DNA of 64,000 bases from Selaginella moellendorffii (taxonomy: Eukaryota > Plantae > Lycopodiophyta), in the NCBI RefSeq assembly GCF_000143415.4, contig NW_003314297.1, positions 620,001 through 684,000 on the forward strand, in the 5' to 3' direction. The notes under the pieces were generated by a model. It worked only from the letters and a program-made list of their open reading frames with translations. It ran no database searches and was not told the origin of the DNA. Shown here one piece after another: positions 10,918-24,664 of this stretch. Positions within the stretch are counted from its first letter, which is position 1, and every line of letters begins with the position of its first letter. The translations under genes were made by a program, and so were the position numbers.

Positions 10918-13080
10918 CTAAACGATTTCTTGACTACAAAGGTTGGAAGCCATAACATAAGTTTGCGGCTTGTGCAGGTCGAGCTTTCTCGTAGCACCGC
11001 TCCCTCGATGCTTTTGGGTCTTGCAAGCTCCCAGAAAGCACGTCCACTCCACGAGATCTGGAACAAACGGCATCGTCTCGACGAGCTCCTCAGCGTCTCT
11101 CAAGTATCCGGCCCGACCCACGAGATCCACCATGCAGCAGTAGTGCTGCTTGGTGGCTGGCACTTCAAAGTCGAAGCCCATGGACACGAAGCACTGGCGC
11201 GCGTCGTAGAGGCGGCCTCCATGGCTGGAGCCGAGAAGAACACAGATGAAAGTGGCGTCGTCGGCTGGGACGGCATCCACGGACATGCTGCAAAACAGCT
11301 CCATCGTTTGCTCGAAGCTACCTTCGCCAACCTTGTGAGAATTCGCCGCAAGGATGGAGTTCCAGGAGATGGTGTCGCGGTCTGGCATTGCGAGCAGGAA
11401 GGCCTTTGCTCTGGAGAGGCTTTGGCTGTGGCTGTAGGCAACGAGCATCGAGTTCCAGGAGACGATGTCCTTCTCGGGCATGGCGGCGAAGAATTCCTCG
11501 GCCTGCTGGAGATACCCGTTCCGGGCATACGCGAAGAGCATCGCCGTCGAGGCGACCGTGTCTTGCTCGGGCATTCCATTGAACGCGCTCTTTACCTCGT
11601 CAATATGCCCGCTCCGGGCATATGCCACCAGCATGGAGGTCCATGCGATGGCATCTTTCTCTGGCATCTCATCGAATATTTTCTTGGCCTCTTCCAGGTT
11701 GCCTCGCTCGGAATAGGCGTCGATCATAAAGGTGGCGCTCCCGGCGCTCCTCTCGGGAATATTCTCAAACAAATGTTTTGCCTTGTCAAGATGCCCGGAT
11801 CCGGCATTTGCAGCCAGCATGGCAGTCCACGTCGCTAAGTTAGTCTCCGGCATGGACGAAAAGAGACGCGTGGCATCATCCTGGCGCTTGGTTTGCAAGC
11901 ACGCTGCTTGCATGGAGTTCCACGACAGCACATCTCTCTCGGGCATTTTGTCAAAAAGGCTCTTTGCCAAGGCAAACTCCTTGTGCTCGGCATATGCCAT
12001 GAGCAGGGAGTTCCACGAGATTAGATTCTTTTCGGACATACCGTCAAACACCCCCTTGGCCTGGTCTAGCTGAGACCTGCCGGCATATGCCGCCAACATG
12101 GCGTTCTTGGCGATCATGTCCTGCTCCGGCATGGAATCAAACATACGGCGCGCTGCCAGAATATCCCCGAAATGGGCATATGCCGTCAGCATGCACGTCC
12201 AGCACACAAGATCCCTCTCGGGGATGCTGTCGAATATCTCTTTTGCCTGGTCGGTTCTGCCCGCCTCCGCAAGCGCGCCCAGCATCACCGTCCACGACAC
12301 GATGCTTCGGGCGGGCATTTGCCGGAAGACGGTGCTACCTTCCTCAAAACGCCCTCCCTCGAGTAGAGCCGTCAGGCAAGTATCCCAGGTGATCTGGTTT
12401 CGATTCCTGGCCGGCATGGATTTGAAGAGGTTCCACGCGGCATCCAGTTGGCCGTTTTGGGAATATCCTGCCAGCAGCGCGTTCCACGAGAACACATCCC
12501 TCTCGAGCATCTCGTCAAAGATTCGTTTTGCCTGTGCGATCTTTCCCCGCTTGGACAGCGCGGAGAGCATCATTGTGGAAGATACCGTGTCAAGCTCAGG
12601 CATCCTGGGGAAGAGATTCATAGATTCTTTCAGATGCCCTCTTTGGGCATATGCCGAAAGCATGGCTGTCCACGAGATAAGCGTCCTCTCCGGCATCGCG
12701 TCAAAGATATTCCTGGCATCTTCCAGATGCCCTCGCTGGGCATACGCGCTGAGCATGACATTGAAGGTGACCACATCCCTCTCGGGCATCCGGTCGAAGA
12801 GATTTCTGGCATCGTGGAGATTCCCGTTCTGGGCATAACCCGTGAGCATCAGCGCCCAGCTGTAATCATTCCTGGACGGAATGGAATCGAAGACTCGCCT
12901 CGCGAGGTCGACGCTCCCGCATCGCGAGTACATTTGGAGCAGAAGATTCGAGAGGAAAGTGTTTGTGATCCCGGGTGATGATTTAAGCAGCTCGGCGTGC
13001 AGATCTTTGGCCTGTGACAGCGTCCGGCACGATCGAATTCGCGAAACCGCGCTCGAATCTCCGCTGTGCTGCCCATTCAT
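10918..13080 (-). CDS. PLS-class pentatricopeptide repeat protein with tandem ~31-aa repeats and truncated E domain (no DYW)
   Basis: Repeated SW(N/T)xMLxAYAxxGxLxxAxxxFxxMPERD motifs. The C-terminus has HYCCMVDLVGRAG..AEELVETMPFVPD..WTCFLGAC. Confidence 0.95.
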   Translation of the reverse strand: MNGQHSGDSSAVSRIRSCRTLSQAKDLHAELLKSSPGITNTFLSNLLLQMYSRCGSVDLARRVFDSIPSRNDYSWALMLTGYAQNGNLHDARNLFDRMPERDVVTFNVMLSAYAQRGHLEDARNIFDAMPERTLISWTAMLSAYAQRGHLKESMNLFPRMPELDTVSSTMMLSALSKRGKIAQAKRIFDEMLERDVFSWNALLAGYSQNGQLDAAWNLFKSMPARNRNQITWDTCLTALLEGGRFEEGSTVFRQMPARSIVSWTVMLGALAEAGRTDQAKEIFDSIPERDLVCWTCMLTAYAHFGDILAARRMFDSMPEQDMIAKNAMLAAYAGRSQLDQAKGVFDGMSEKNLISWNSLLMAYAEHKEFALAKSLFDKMPERDVLSWNSMQAACLQTKRQDDATRLFSSMPETNLATWTAMLAANAGSGHLDKAKHLFENIPERSAGSATFMIDAYSERGNLEEAKKIFDEMPEKDAIAWTSMLVAYARSGHIDEVKSAFNGMPEQDTVASTAMLFAYARNGYLQQAEEFFAAMPEKDIVSWNSMLVAYSHSQSLSRAKAFLLAMPDRDTISWNSILAANSHKVGEGSFEQTMELFCSMSVDAVPADDATFICVLLGSSHGGRLYDARQCFVSMGFDFEVPATKQHYCCMVDLVGRAGYLRDAEELVETMPFVPDLVEWTCFLGACKTQKHRGSGATRKLDLHKPQTYVMASNLCSQEIV

Positions 13081-13160
13081 GAATCACACTCGCTACTAGC
13101 AAATCTGGACCGTATAATTCGAAAGCTTAACGGATCGAAGCCGTCCATTTATATGAAAGT

Positions 13161-13427
13161 TCAAGACCCACAAGCACACTTGGTCGTGGCGCATCGAGTC
13201 GTGATCTCTCTCACCGCTTTCTTGTCGCAGTAGAGCGAATTTCCACCTGGAAGCCCACCATTGCAGCACGCGCACTCGCAAATCCCATTGTAATTCCCTG
13301 TCGCGTCCTTTCGGCACGCGAATGGAAGATCCTTGCAGCGAGGGGGGCGAGTGTAAGCGCAATGGGCGATCTCACTCGCGAGCAAAGCAAACAACAAAAC
13401 AAGCGCTACCCTCCCAAAACTTGCCAT
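13161..13427 (-). CDS. Small secreted cysteine-rich (defensin-like) peptide, 88 aa
   Basis: Signal-like MASFGRVALVLLFALLASEIAHC, followed by a mature part with 10 Cys including CxxxC and a terminal CxC. A TATA-like ttataag lies ~60 nt upstream. Confidence 0.75.
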   Translation of the reverse strand: MASFGRVALVLLFALLASEIAHCAYTRPPRCKDLPFACRKDATGNYNGICECACCNGGLPGGNSLYCDKKAVREITTRCATTKCACGS

Positions 13428-13618
13428 GGATCGCGATCGATCCTTTCCTGTAGTGCGTCGAGATAAGATCAAACGAGCCCAGTTCTTATAAGAACTCCCA
13501 GAAACATGAATCGTGGCACTAACGTGGCACCCTCTTTGACTATGGCGCTCTTTCTTTCTATCTCGAGATATATTCTAGTGTTTCTCGCAATGATAGTTTT
13601 TAGCTCTAGCAATGGATG

Positions 13619-15021
13619 TTACAGCGCTTCTAGCGTGTAGCTCTCGAGATTATCGTACACCTTGCTCAAGCTCTCGTCCGAAAGTTCCATCTCCTTTTGC
13701 GTCTCTGGGATCACTGGCGCTTGCTGCTTTTGCTTCATGAGAATGGTGACCAATCTTCGCACTGGCGGAATCTTCGCGCTCTTCTCCTCCATGGCACCGC
13801 TCGCAGCGGGATTTACTTGCTCGCCTTTGCTCGCTTCTCTCGTCGAGAACTGCTCCAGGTAGTTCCTCATCTCTCCGGAGCTGGAGAACGACCCGATTCC
13901 CTGGAAGAGATCCTCCCACGCGTTGATCCGACGCAAGCACTCCTTTCCATCCGGAGTCTGGACCTTCATTCGTTTCGTGTCCCTGCGGCCGATCCCTGCC
14001 TGCTGGTTGAACTCGCGAATCTCTAGCATGCTCTCCGACTCCGACTCCTTCTTCCGGAGCTTTGAGAAGCTCTTGGCGATGGCCTTTTGGAGCTTTTGTC
14101 TCTGGAGTTCGCTGTTCCTCGAGTCATGCCTGGCCAAGACTGCGGCCTGTAGCGAATCTTCCTGTCTTGTATCCGCTATGCCCTCCGTTACTGTGTCGTT
14201 CCTCTCGTCGAGTCCTACCACGCCTTCCAACAACGTAGAAGCTCGCATGTAACGATCGAAGGCCTCGTCTTCAAAGGAAAGATCTGCGTCTGCGTACGCT
14301 CTCATCTTGATCATTCTCCACGAGTTTATCATGAGCGCTTCCTAGAAGAAAACAACGTAAAAACTCGGTGGTCAAAGTGATACAAGCTTACCTTCTGTGC
14401 GTAGATGAAATTCTTTCGAGCTTTCTCCAGCCGCGCCTCTTTCTGATCTTCGGTTTCCACTGGAGGAGGCGCCGGCATCCGGACGATCGGAGACGTGTAA
14501 GGGACACGGTATCGCATCATCTGGTTCATGTAAGGAGATGAAACTTGTCCATTTGGAGGCCTCATGTATGGTGACATTCCCCTGAGCAAACCACCTTGAG
14601 TCCTTCTAGTTCTTTGGTTTCAGCAGACAAGAAATGAAACTTACATTCCAGGAGCCCACTGAAACTGCGCTGGACGAGGCTGTGGAACCTCCGGCGTAGG
14701 AGTCATTGGCCCTGTAGCTTGCTTAAATCCTGAGAGGAAGAGAAGAAGAAAAGATTTTTAAAAACATACTTCCCAAGTTCCCACCAAGAGAATTTTCAAC
14801 TTACCGTGAGCTTGGCAGGGGTTCTTAGCCCTCACACAGCACGTCCCGCAAGCTCGGAAATCACATCTAGAAGAGAGAATCCCTGAGAAATCACCACACT
14901 GAGCTAGAGAAATTTTCGCATACTTGCCCATTGCCGTGTTGCCGCAGGTCACACACTTGGTCAGCTTCCTCTCCTGCTTGAAATTTTGGATCTGTGCAAC
15001 GGCCGGCCGCGGCGTCGCCAT
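13619..15021 (-). CDS. Conserved plant protein of unknown function with an N-terminal Cys/His cluster (CxxCGN...CxxxxCxxCC...CxxH); multi-exon
   Basis: Spliced TKCVTCGNTAMGK|CDFRACGTCCVRAKNPCQAH and last-exon EAFDRYMRASTLLE. Resembles the AT1G32730-type family (from recall). Confidence 0.7.
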
Positions 15022-15200
15022 CGCTGCTCCTCGGGCTCCCGGACTCGCCACGAAGACGAAAGAAGAATCGATTAGGGCAAAGAGCGCCCAAAGCGATCCT
15101 AGCCGTTAGGACCGAATTAAATCCTGGCCGTCCGTTTAAAAGCGCTCTGTCTCTTGGAGCCCTAGAATTTGATCGATTCGCGCGAGAAGAAGAAGAAGCA

Positions 15201-16956
15201 ATGGCCGATTCCAGCAGCGACAGGACGGCGAGCAGCCGCAGTGTTCGTATCGCATCTCGGACGGCGTCGCTGCGATCGGCGTCCTCGGCAGGGTCGAAAA
15301 AGTCGCGATTCTATGGGCGGCGGAGCCTCAAATTCAGTCTCAGCGATGTCCCCAGCGTCGCCAGCCTCCGGATGTGGAGCTTCGGGCGGCCCGCCACCGC
15401 TGAGGCATCGGATGAGGCCAAGAATGTCCGGGATTGCTCCAGGAGCCTCCAGAAGCGAAAGACTCACATCATCGTCAAGGTTCGTGAAACTTTACTTTTC
15501 CTTCTTTGCTGGTTTTTATTTCTATGTTCAGGCTGTGCTACTGTAAATTTGGTCTCGGCTAGAAAGGGTGTCACTCCATTCCCACGAACAGGAGTTCTTG
15601 TCAAAAGTTCCAAAGCTATCTAGGCAGCAAAGTTTTCATCCAGAGGGTTTGCAGATAGTGTGTGCCTGATTCTATGATGTCTAGATTTCGTTGGATTGGA
15701 CATTCACTATCTGCAAACACCTCTGATGGAATTCGTGAGTTTCATCAAGGTCCAGTCACTGGAGAGGACTAACGAGTGAGTTTGTTTACTAGACATGCTT
15801 CCCGACGCGTTTCAGGCCAATGAAAGGTAGTAGTGAGCGATCTGATTTGAAAATCGAATTCTAAAGGAAATGCTTTGAACAGAGAAGGAATATGAGCTGA
15901 AAGTGAAGCAGAAGAGAGCTGAGAAAATACTGGAGAAAGAGAGGTTGGAAAATTATAAGAAGAAGGACAGGTTTAAGTCGTTTGCAGCGCAACGGGCATC
16001 AGTTCGCAGGTAAGCATCTAAAGTTCTTTTAGTTCTGGGAGGTGATGGATTATGTTTGGTGGTTTTCTCGCTTAGATTCTTGAACGACACAGGATTTCGC
16101 CAGTCGATCACAGGAACTTTCCTTGACAACTCCGATGCTTTTCGTCGGAAGAGAGATGTACGCCAATTGATGTCTATGTCAAGTTTTTCATTGTTCCTTT
16201 TCAGGAAATGGAGGAGGCAGAGCCTGAGCCTCCAAGCGAGGAGGAAGTTGCGGAGGAGAAAAAGGTAAGACGATAAAAGTGTCACTTTTGTTGATTGAGA
16301 TGGAGGCTGTTCTCGAAGATAGACGAAGACAATGCGTGGATTGTGAAAACTTTGGAAGATCACGACACGAGGGAGGATCTCGAGCAGCGAGTCATCCAGC
16401 ATATAATGCAAGATCCCATCATCTTTAGATCTCTTCGGAACACTTTACGGATCGCTGAAGGAAACCGGCTAAGGCATCGCAAGGTAACCATTGATTTGAA
16501 AAAGCTTTGAAGCTCTAAAATCATCTCTGCGGCCCTGGCAGTCTCTAAAGAAAGAGTTTTACGACATGGAGAAAGTTTGGTCGACAGCAGATCTTATGAA
16601 GGAAACCGAGAACGCTTTAGTTCATTCGGACATGAGGCATAGAATTTACCAGCTCTACTGTGAACTCCGGGTAAAAAGTTCCATCTTTTCAACAATCTCT
16701 CATACAAGTGTTCTTCTCAGGCTGCTCAATCGAACAAAGTTCCAAGATTTTCATCAGCGTCGAGGGATCCAACTCCCACAAGTTTGTGCTACTGGGAATC
16801 CAATGAAAGGTGAGATAGATCTAAACAACCTGGAATTTTCTAGCATAGGAAGGTTCTGATCTTTCCGCGTTCTTCAGATATAAAATGGAGTGCTCGCTTG
16901 AGAAAGAACTACTGTCAGATCTCACAGTAAATCGATTGCGCAGTAAAGAGAGTTAA
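15201..16956 (+). CDS. Multi-exon hypothetical protein (Ser/Arg-rich N-terminus, charged coiled-coil middle)
   Basis: A chain of short GT-AG-bounded open exons from ATG 15201 to TAA 16956. No family recognised. Confidence 0.5.
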
Positions 16957-17009
16957 ATGCTAGAGTTCATACAAAGGGTTCAGATTTTAGGGCTAGCTAG
17001 GGTTTGTAG

Positions 17010-18449
17010 ATGGGCATGGAAGTAGCGGAGAGTGGATTCGCAGCTGCCTCGCACGAATCCTCGGCGACGGCAAATGGCACGGCGACGACGGCGAATGGAA
17101 CTGTAAGATTCTCAATCTCCAGTCGCAAGCGGCAGCGAGTGATCGGCACCGGCAACTCGTCCGATCGCGAGCACGAGGCCGTGGAATTCGTGCGGTCGGT
17201 GGACGAGATTGGGATCCAGGTAGTCGGCGAGCCGAGCTCCAGCGGCGCGGCCATGGTGATCCCGCGCCTGGAGAACTCGTGGAAGCCGGAGAAACGGATG
17301 AAGAATCTCATGAGCGCGCCGGAGGACAGCGTCCAGGAATTCGTGGGGGAAGTTCTTCCCGCCGGCCCCGTTGAGGGCGTCCAGTATGGATTGTCGGTAA
17401 GATCGTCCAAAGCAGGAGGAGGAGGGAGCGTCAAGATGGATATTATGGAAGCTCGCGAGCTCCGCGCGAAGCTGGACAAGGAAGCGCTGGTGGATCACCT
17501 GGAATTCCTCCCCGAGTCGGCGTCTCTGGCGGCCTACGATGCGATGCCGGTGGAGAAATTTGGGCAGGCGCTGCTGCTGGGGATGGGCTGGAGAGATGGG
17601 CGAGGGATTGGGCGGAGAGCCACCGAGGACGTCAAGGCCACCGAGTTTGTGAGGAGGCCCGAGCGGCTGGGACTCGGGGCAGTGCCAGCTCCAAAGGAGG
17701 AGAAGAAGAAGAAGGTCATCAAGCCGGGCGAGAGCCGGGAGGCCAAGCCAGATCTAGTAGCTCCGGTTGGGCCGGATGGGAAGGTTCGTCACAGGGTTGA
17801 GATTGGCGAGAAGCTCGTCGAGAGGGCCAAGAGGGGAGTTTACGGTGGCAAAGTCATGACCATCGTCTCGGGGAGGCACGCTGGGCTGAGGGGCGAGGTT
17901 CTGGGTCGCAAGGACAAGGTGGCGAATCCGGGAGAGGTGGTGGGGGTGAAGCTGGCTGGTAGCGGCGAGACGGTGGAGGTGGATGCCAAGAACTTGGCGG
18001 ACGTTGGCTCCGTCGAGGAGGAGAACGCGATGAAGAGGCTCAAGGAGCTGAGGATCCAGAGGGGCGATGGTGGTGGTGACGACGAGAGAGCGAGGCCCTG
18101 GCTGAGGAGCCAAATACGAGTGAGGGTCGTTAGCAAGCGGTTTCAAGGCGGGAGGCTCTACCTCAAGAAGGGGCGCGTGATCGACGTGGTGGCTCCGACG
18201 GTGTGCCATATTGTCTTGGACGAGAGCGGTGATCTTGTGGAGGAGGTGAAGCAGGAGTACTTGGAGACCGCGATTCCAAAGCCGGGCGGGCGTGTGATCG
18301 TCGTTGGAGGGAAGCTGAGGGGATCCATTGGGAAGCTGCTGGAGCGGGACAGTAAGAAACAGGTTGCGGTGGTCCAGATGGAGGAGAGCTTTGAGATGGC
18401 CACTCTCGACTTGGACCACCTTGCGGAGTTTACTGGCGATGGCGCTTGA
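17010..18449 (+). CDS. MOS2: MOS2/GPKOW (Spp2-type G-patch + KOW) splicing factor, intronless
   Basis: YDAMPVEKFGQALLLGMGW..GRGIG...RPERLGLGA G-patch, KOW motifs and the WL...IRVRVVSK..GGRLYLKKG C-terminus. Confidence 0.92.
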   Translation: MGMEVAESGFAAASHESSATANGTATTANGTVRFSISSRKRQRVIGTGNSSDREHEAVEFVRSVDEIGIQVVGEPSSSGAAMVIPRLENSWKPEKRMKNLMSAPEDSVQEFVGEVLPAGPVEGVQYGLSVRSSKAGGGGSVKMDIMEARELRAKLDKEALVDHLEFLPESASLAAYDAMPVEKFGQALLLGMGWRDGRGIGRRATEDVKATEFVRRPERLGLGAVPAPKEEKKKKVIKPGESREAKPDLVAPVGPDGKVRHRVEIGEKLVERAKRGVYGGKVMTIVSGRHAGLRGEVLGRKDKVANPGEVVGVKLAGSGETVEVDAKNLADVGSVEEENAMKRLKELRIQRGDGGGDDERARPWLRSQIRVRVVSKRFQGGRLYLKKGRVIDVVAPTVCHIVLDESGDLVEEVKQEYLETAIPKPGGRVIVVGGKLRGSIGKLLERDSKKQVAVVQMEESFEMATLDLDHLAEFTGDGA

Positions 18450-18562
18450 TCTCTACTGAGAACTGGTAAGAAAGAAAAGCAGCAAAGAGAAAGAGAAATA
18501 CTTCATACGCTTACTAACTGCGTTGTGCTTGATCAGATGTTTCGCTCTTGGACTAGAAACCG

Positions 18563-19539
18563 TCATTTCTTTGGCCACTGGGGGCACACTATCTGCGCAA
18601 AATCGAGCCGGTTTGATTGCCAGTGGTGAGCTAAAGATTTATCATACCTCTAAGGTTGTGAAAGCTAATCGCATCCGATCGGCCACTAGCGATGCTTCCT
18701 CGGCTCGTCCTAACACCGCCATTTGTTCCAGCTGCAGTGTTTTCACTGGTAGCCTAGAGAAGAGAATAGAAGAGAAGAGATGAGAGATTGAAGTTATGGA
18801 GTTTATTTACCAGGCCATTCCCCGGTTGTAGTACGCGTTGGCGATAATGGAACAAAATCCTTTCCATTCTAAAAGAGACTCGGCTGTGACTGCCGAAGTT
18901 GTGGACCATCGTATCACTGTGGGTGGCGGGCTTGACATGATCGATGTAAAGACGATGATCACCCAAAGTATACATTCTTCTACCTGGGAAAAGATTTGAG
19001 GAACACAAGAAATATGTGAAGAACAATGGCGAGAACTTGTTCTACCTCTTTGGAAGTGATATTGGAATTCAAGAGCTCTTTTCTCAGGCCCTCTTCCGTG
19101 CAGCCGATCGCGTAAGCGGTCACTACAGCAGTTATGAAATCCTGCGCATAGGATAGTCCTGATCGATTGATTGATCGTGCTTTTGATCTTCTCGTTCTTT
19201 ACCTGGAGATTGTTGCTGAATCCTCCTTGCACGACTTTCTTGTAGCGCTGGTGGAGTCCCAACGCAATGCTTGCCGTGGAGCGAAATTCATCGTCGTAGG
19301 CTCTTTGCGACCGCTGCCGAGAAGCAATCACGAAATATGGATGAGATTAGCGGAGAAAATCTTCGTACCGAGACGATCAAGCCTCGCAAGTCGTGCTGGC
19401 GGAGCGTCGAGAAGAGCCGGCTGTTGACGAGGAACGCGGCGGGGATCTTCCGCCTAGGGCAATTCTCCTGGAGCATCGACCATCGCGCGGCGCTCGCGAA
19501 TTGGAGGCGGCCGCAGCATTGAAGAGCGGCGATTTGCAT
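18563..19539 (-). CDS. Conserved plant protein of unknown function, probably organelle-targeted; multi-exon
   Basis: Spliced exons AYAIGCTEEGLRKEL | VEECILW...WKGFCSIIANAYYNRGMAW | LPVKTLQLEQMAV..ADRMRL | IVCPQWPKK*, with canonical splice sites. Confidence 0.75.
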
Positions 19540-19726
19540 ATCTTCTCCTCAGCAAGAATTTCTCTACCATTCCACACCTCGAAGTCCATTTTAAATTGGT
19601 GTCCATGTTTATCCGTACGCAGCTAGGGTGGCCACTGGCCCATTCGTACATGGCGCCAAAATGTTGGCGGGCGCTAGCTTTAGCAGCACAATCTCAGCTC
19701 TTCGAAAGTGCCCTAGTAGCGCTCGC

Positions 19727-19730
<4 letters not shown>

Positions 19731-19769
<39 letters not shown>
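19731..19769 (+). repeat. (CT)n microsatellite in the CDKB 5' region
   Basis: About 19 CT units. Confidence 0.95.
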
Positions 19770-19772
<3 letters not shown>

Positions 19773-19863
19773 CTCTGGATTGATTTGTAGCGCCCGTCTA
19801 GCTATCGATCCACAGCTGCTTGGGCGCTTCTTGATGGGATTTTGATTCGTCTGGGCGATTTCG

Positions 19864-21167
<1,304 letters not shown>

Positions 21168-21259
21168 TCGCTAGGAGGGAAAACACTCTTAAATGTTTAT
21201 GGATGGATAGAAAGGAAATAAAGGTTAAAAGGGGGTTTTCCAAAACTTTCTAGGGTTTG

Positions 21260-22808
<1,549 letters not shown>

Positions 22809-22882
22809 TTACTTTGGTCTGTGTGTTTTACTTGTACAAAATGCGTAAACAAAGTAAGGTGATTAAAAGAAAATGAAGAAAA

Positions 22883-22945
22883 TCAAGATGGGATTCGAAC
22901 CTGCACGGGCAAGCCCACATGATTTCTAGTCATGTCCACCTTGGC
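22883..22945 (-). pseudogene. tRNA-Ser(AGA) relic (anticodon arm, variable arm and T arm; D arm missing)
   Basis: The reverse strand reads CATGACTAGAAATCATGTGGGCTTGCCCGTGCAGGTTCGAATCC, like plant tRNA-Ser(AGA). The 5' half is not intact. Confidence 0.75.
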
Positions 22946-23031
22946 GAAGGTCAAGAAGAATGAAGAGTTCAACTCTTGTAAATATTATTGCATTTTGAAA
23001 AGCAAATTATTTTCTATTCAATAAGACAATT

Positions 23032-23913
23032 CTAGCTTAAGCAGCCAATATGTTTAGAATAATCTAATGTCCACCAGGCTCTGCTTGGATATGTTGTCAA
23101 GTAGCTTACCAGTTTACAGTTATCTTCAATTGTAATATAAGTTAAAAGTAAACAGTTTGGTTTGTCATAACAATACATATTCGGAGACCATAATACATTT
23201 CGTTTAGAAGTATATAACACTAAATTTCCATCATTTTGCAAATCTAAAAAACACTCTCCAAAATATTCATTATTTGGAGATTCCCATAAATTAGTTTTTC
23301 CAGAAAAAAGTGCAAGTTTACAATTCATTTTGATATATAGTATATTCATACGATTTGGGGATTGTAAAAATTTACCTTTATATAAAATATGATCAGAGAA
23401 ACCAGCATTTAAAGTAGTCAAAGTAATATCACAATTTTCAAAATATCTGAAAACTATATTTATATTTTCTAAATAATTTAGTGGTTTCCAACGAGTTACT
23501 AATATATATCGAATAAGATAATTATTAGACACAATTCTACATTCACTAGAAAGTGCTTGTAATAAATCATTTATTACCTTTTTAATTATTTCATTTATTG
23601 ATTTTTGGAGAGAACCACCTAAAACTGGTTTTCCAGTTGAAATTCCTGTAGAACAATATAGAGTACTTCCAGCTAAACGTTGAATTCTTATAACAACACC
23701 TCCTCCATCAATATCTATTAAATCGGTATCAATATAATTTTGTGGATAAAGATGAGATTCATGTAATTTTAGTGCAAGTCTTTTAATGTGACCTAAAATT
23801 GTATTAATATCTTCCTCAGTAAGTGAATTATTTTTACCCCATTCTATATCTATTTTACCAAATACAATTCCATAATATATAATTAAAATAAAAAGAACTA
23901 AAATTATAGACAT
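23032..23913 (-). CDS. Secreted protein: unknown N-terminal domain + C-terminal GNA/bulb-type lectin domain (copy 1); very AT-rich, intronless
   Basis: Hydrophobic signal peptide and LQNDGNLVLY (QxDxNxVxY), with LWES/LWS strands. The 293-aa ORF is intact in both duplicates. Confidence 0.8.
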   Translation of the reverse strand: MSIILVLFILIIYYGIVFGKIDIEWGKNNSLTEEDINTILGHIKRLALKLHESHLYPQNYIDTDLIDIDGGGVVIRIQRLAGSTLYCSTGISTGKPVLGGSLQKSINEIIKKVINDLLQALSSECRIVSNNYLIRYILVTRWKPLNYLENINIVFRYFENCDITLTTLNAGFSDHILYKGKFLQSPNRMNILYIKMNCKLALFSGKTNLWESPNNEYFGECFLDLQNDGNLVLYTSKRNVLWSPNMYCYDKPNCLLLTYITIEDNCKLVSYLTTYPSRAWWTLDYSKHIGCLS

Positions 23914-24664
23914 TAAAAATGAATTTCAAATAAAATTTAGAGTTATTTTTATATATAAGGAAAATAAAACAAAAATTAAATTTTTTAATTATGATATAAC
24001 TTTGTGATTGTCACAACTTAGAAGCCACTAGCTGTATGAGAGATTCGTTTATCTTTATATATATTAATATGATATAGCCTAGACTTGAGTAATATTATTT
24101 TTTATTTTTTATTTTTTTTAAAATATATAAACTTTTACCAATGTATTACCACATGGCACCATTCTTATAAGCTTGGGTTTAGATGGCATGGTCAATCCAT
24201 TTCTCTAAAAACCAAAATGTTGTTCAACAGTCATCAGGAACATTTATCAGATGTCCTCTATTTCTTTAACTACAGCTCTAACTCTACAATATTTTTCCAC
24301 TCCAAGATTGCCACTTGTGCAAGGAGTGCTTCCAAGTTGATGCAACAAACAGTCCAAGCCACACAGTCGTGCCACCATCCTTTGTGGAATTCATAATCGA
24401 AGTGGATAAAGTCAATCATCAGTGCTTTGTCTATGGTTACTTTCTGGGTGGTAAAGATAAATTGCATGGTTTCATTCCATGCTTGCGCTTTCACCAGTAA
24501 TAGCCCTGTCTCAATACAGAGAATTCCTTTGTGCATTCAGTTTTGAAGGCAATGTAAGTGTGTTCATTTTATATATTTTCTGAAAAAAACGTAGAATAAA
24601 AACAATGTAAATTTCATTTGACATTGTGATGTCTAAGTGCGTACGAAGTACGAAGTTGCGATGC

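Noticed and set aside
10070-12978. Long antisense ORFs (265, 302 and 246 aa) over the Tpt1 fusion and PPR
   Set aside because: These are shadow frames expected in GC-rich coding DNA and show no motifs.
22883-22945. Functional tRNA-Ser
   Set aside because: The D arm and a proper acceptor stem are missing, so it is kept as a pseudogene.
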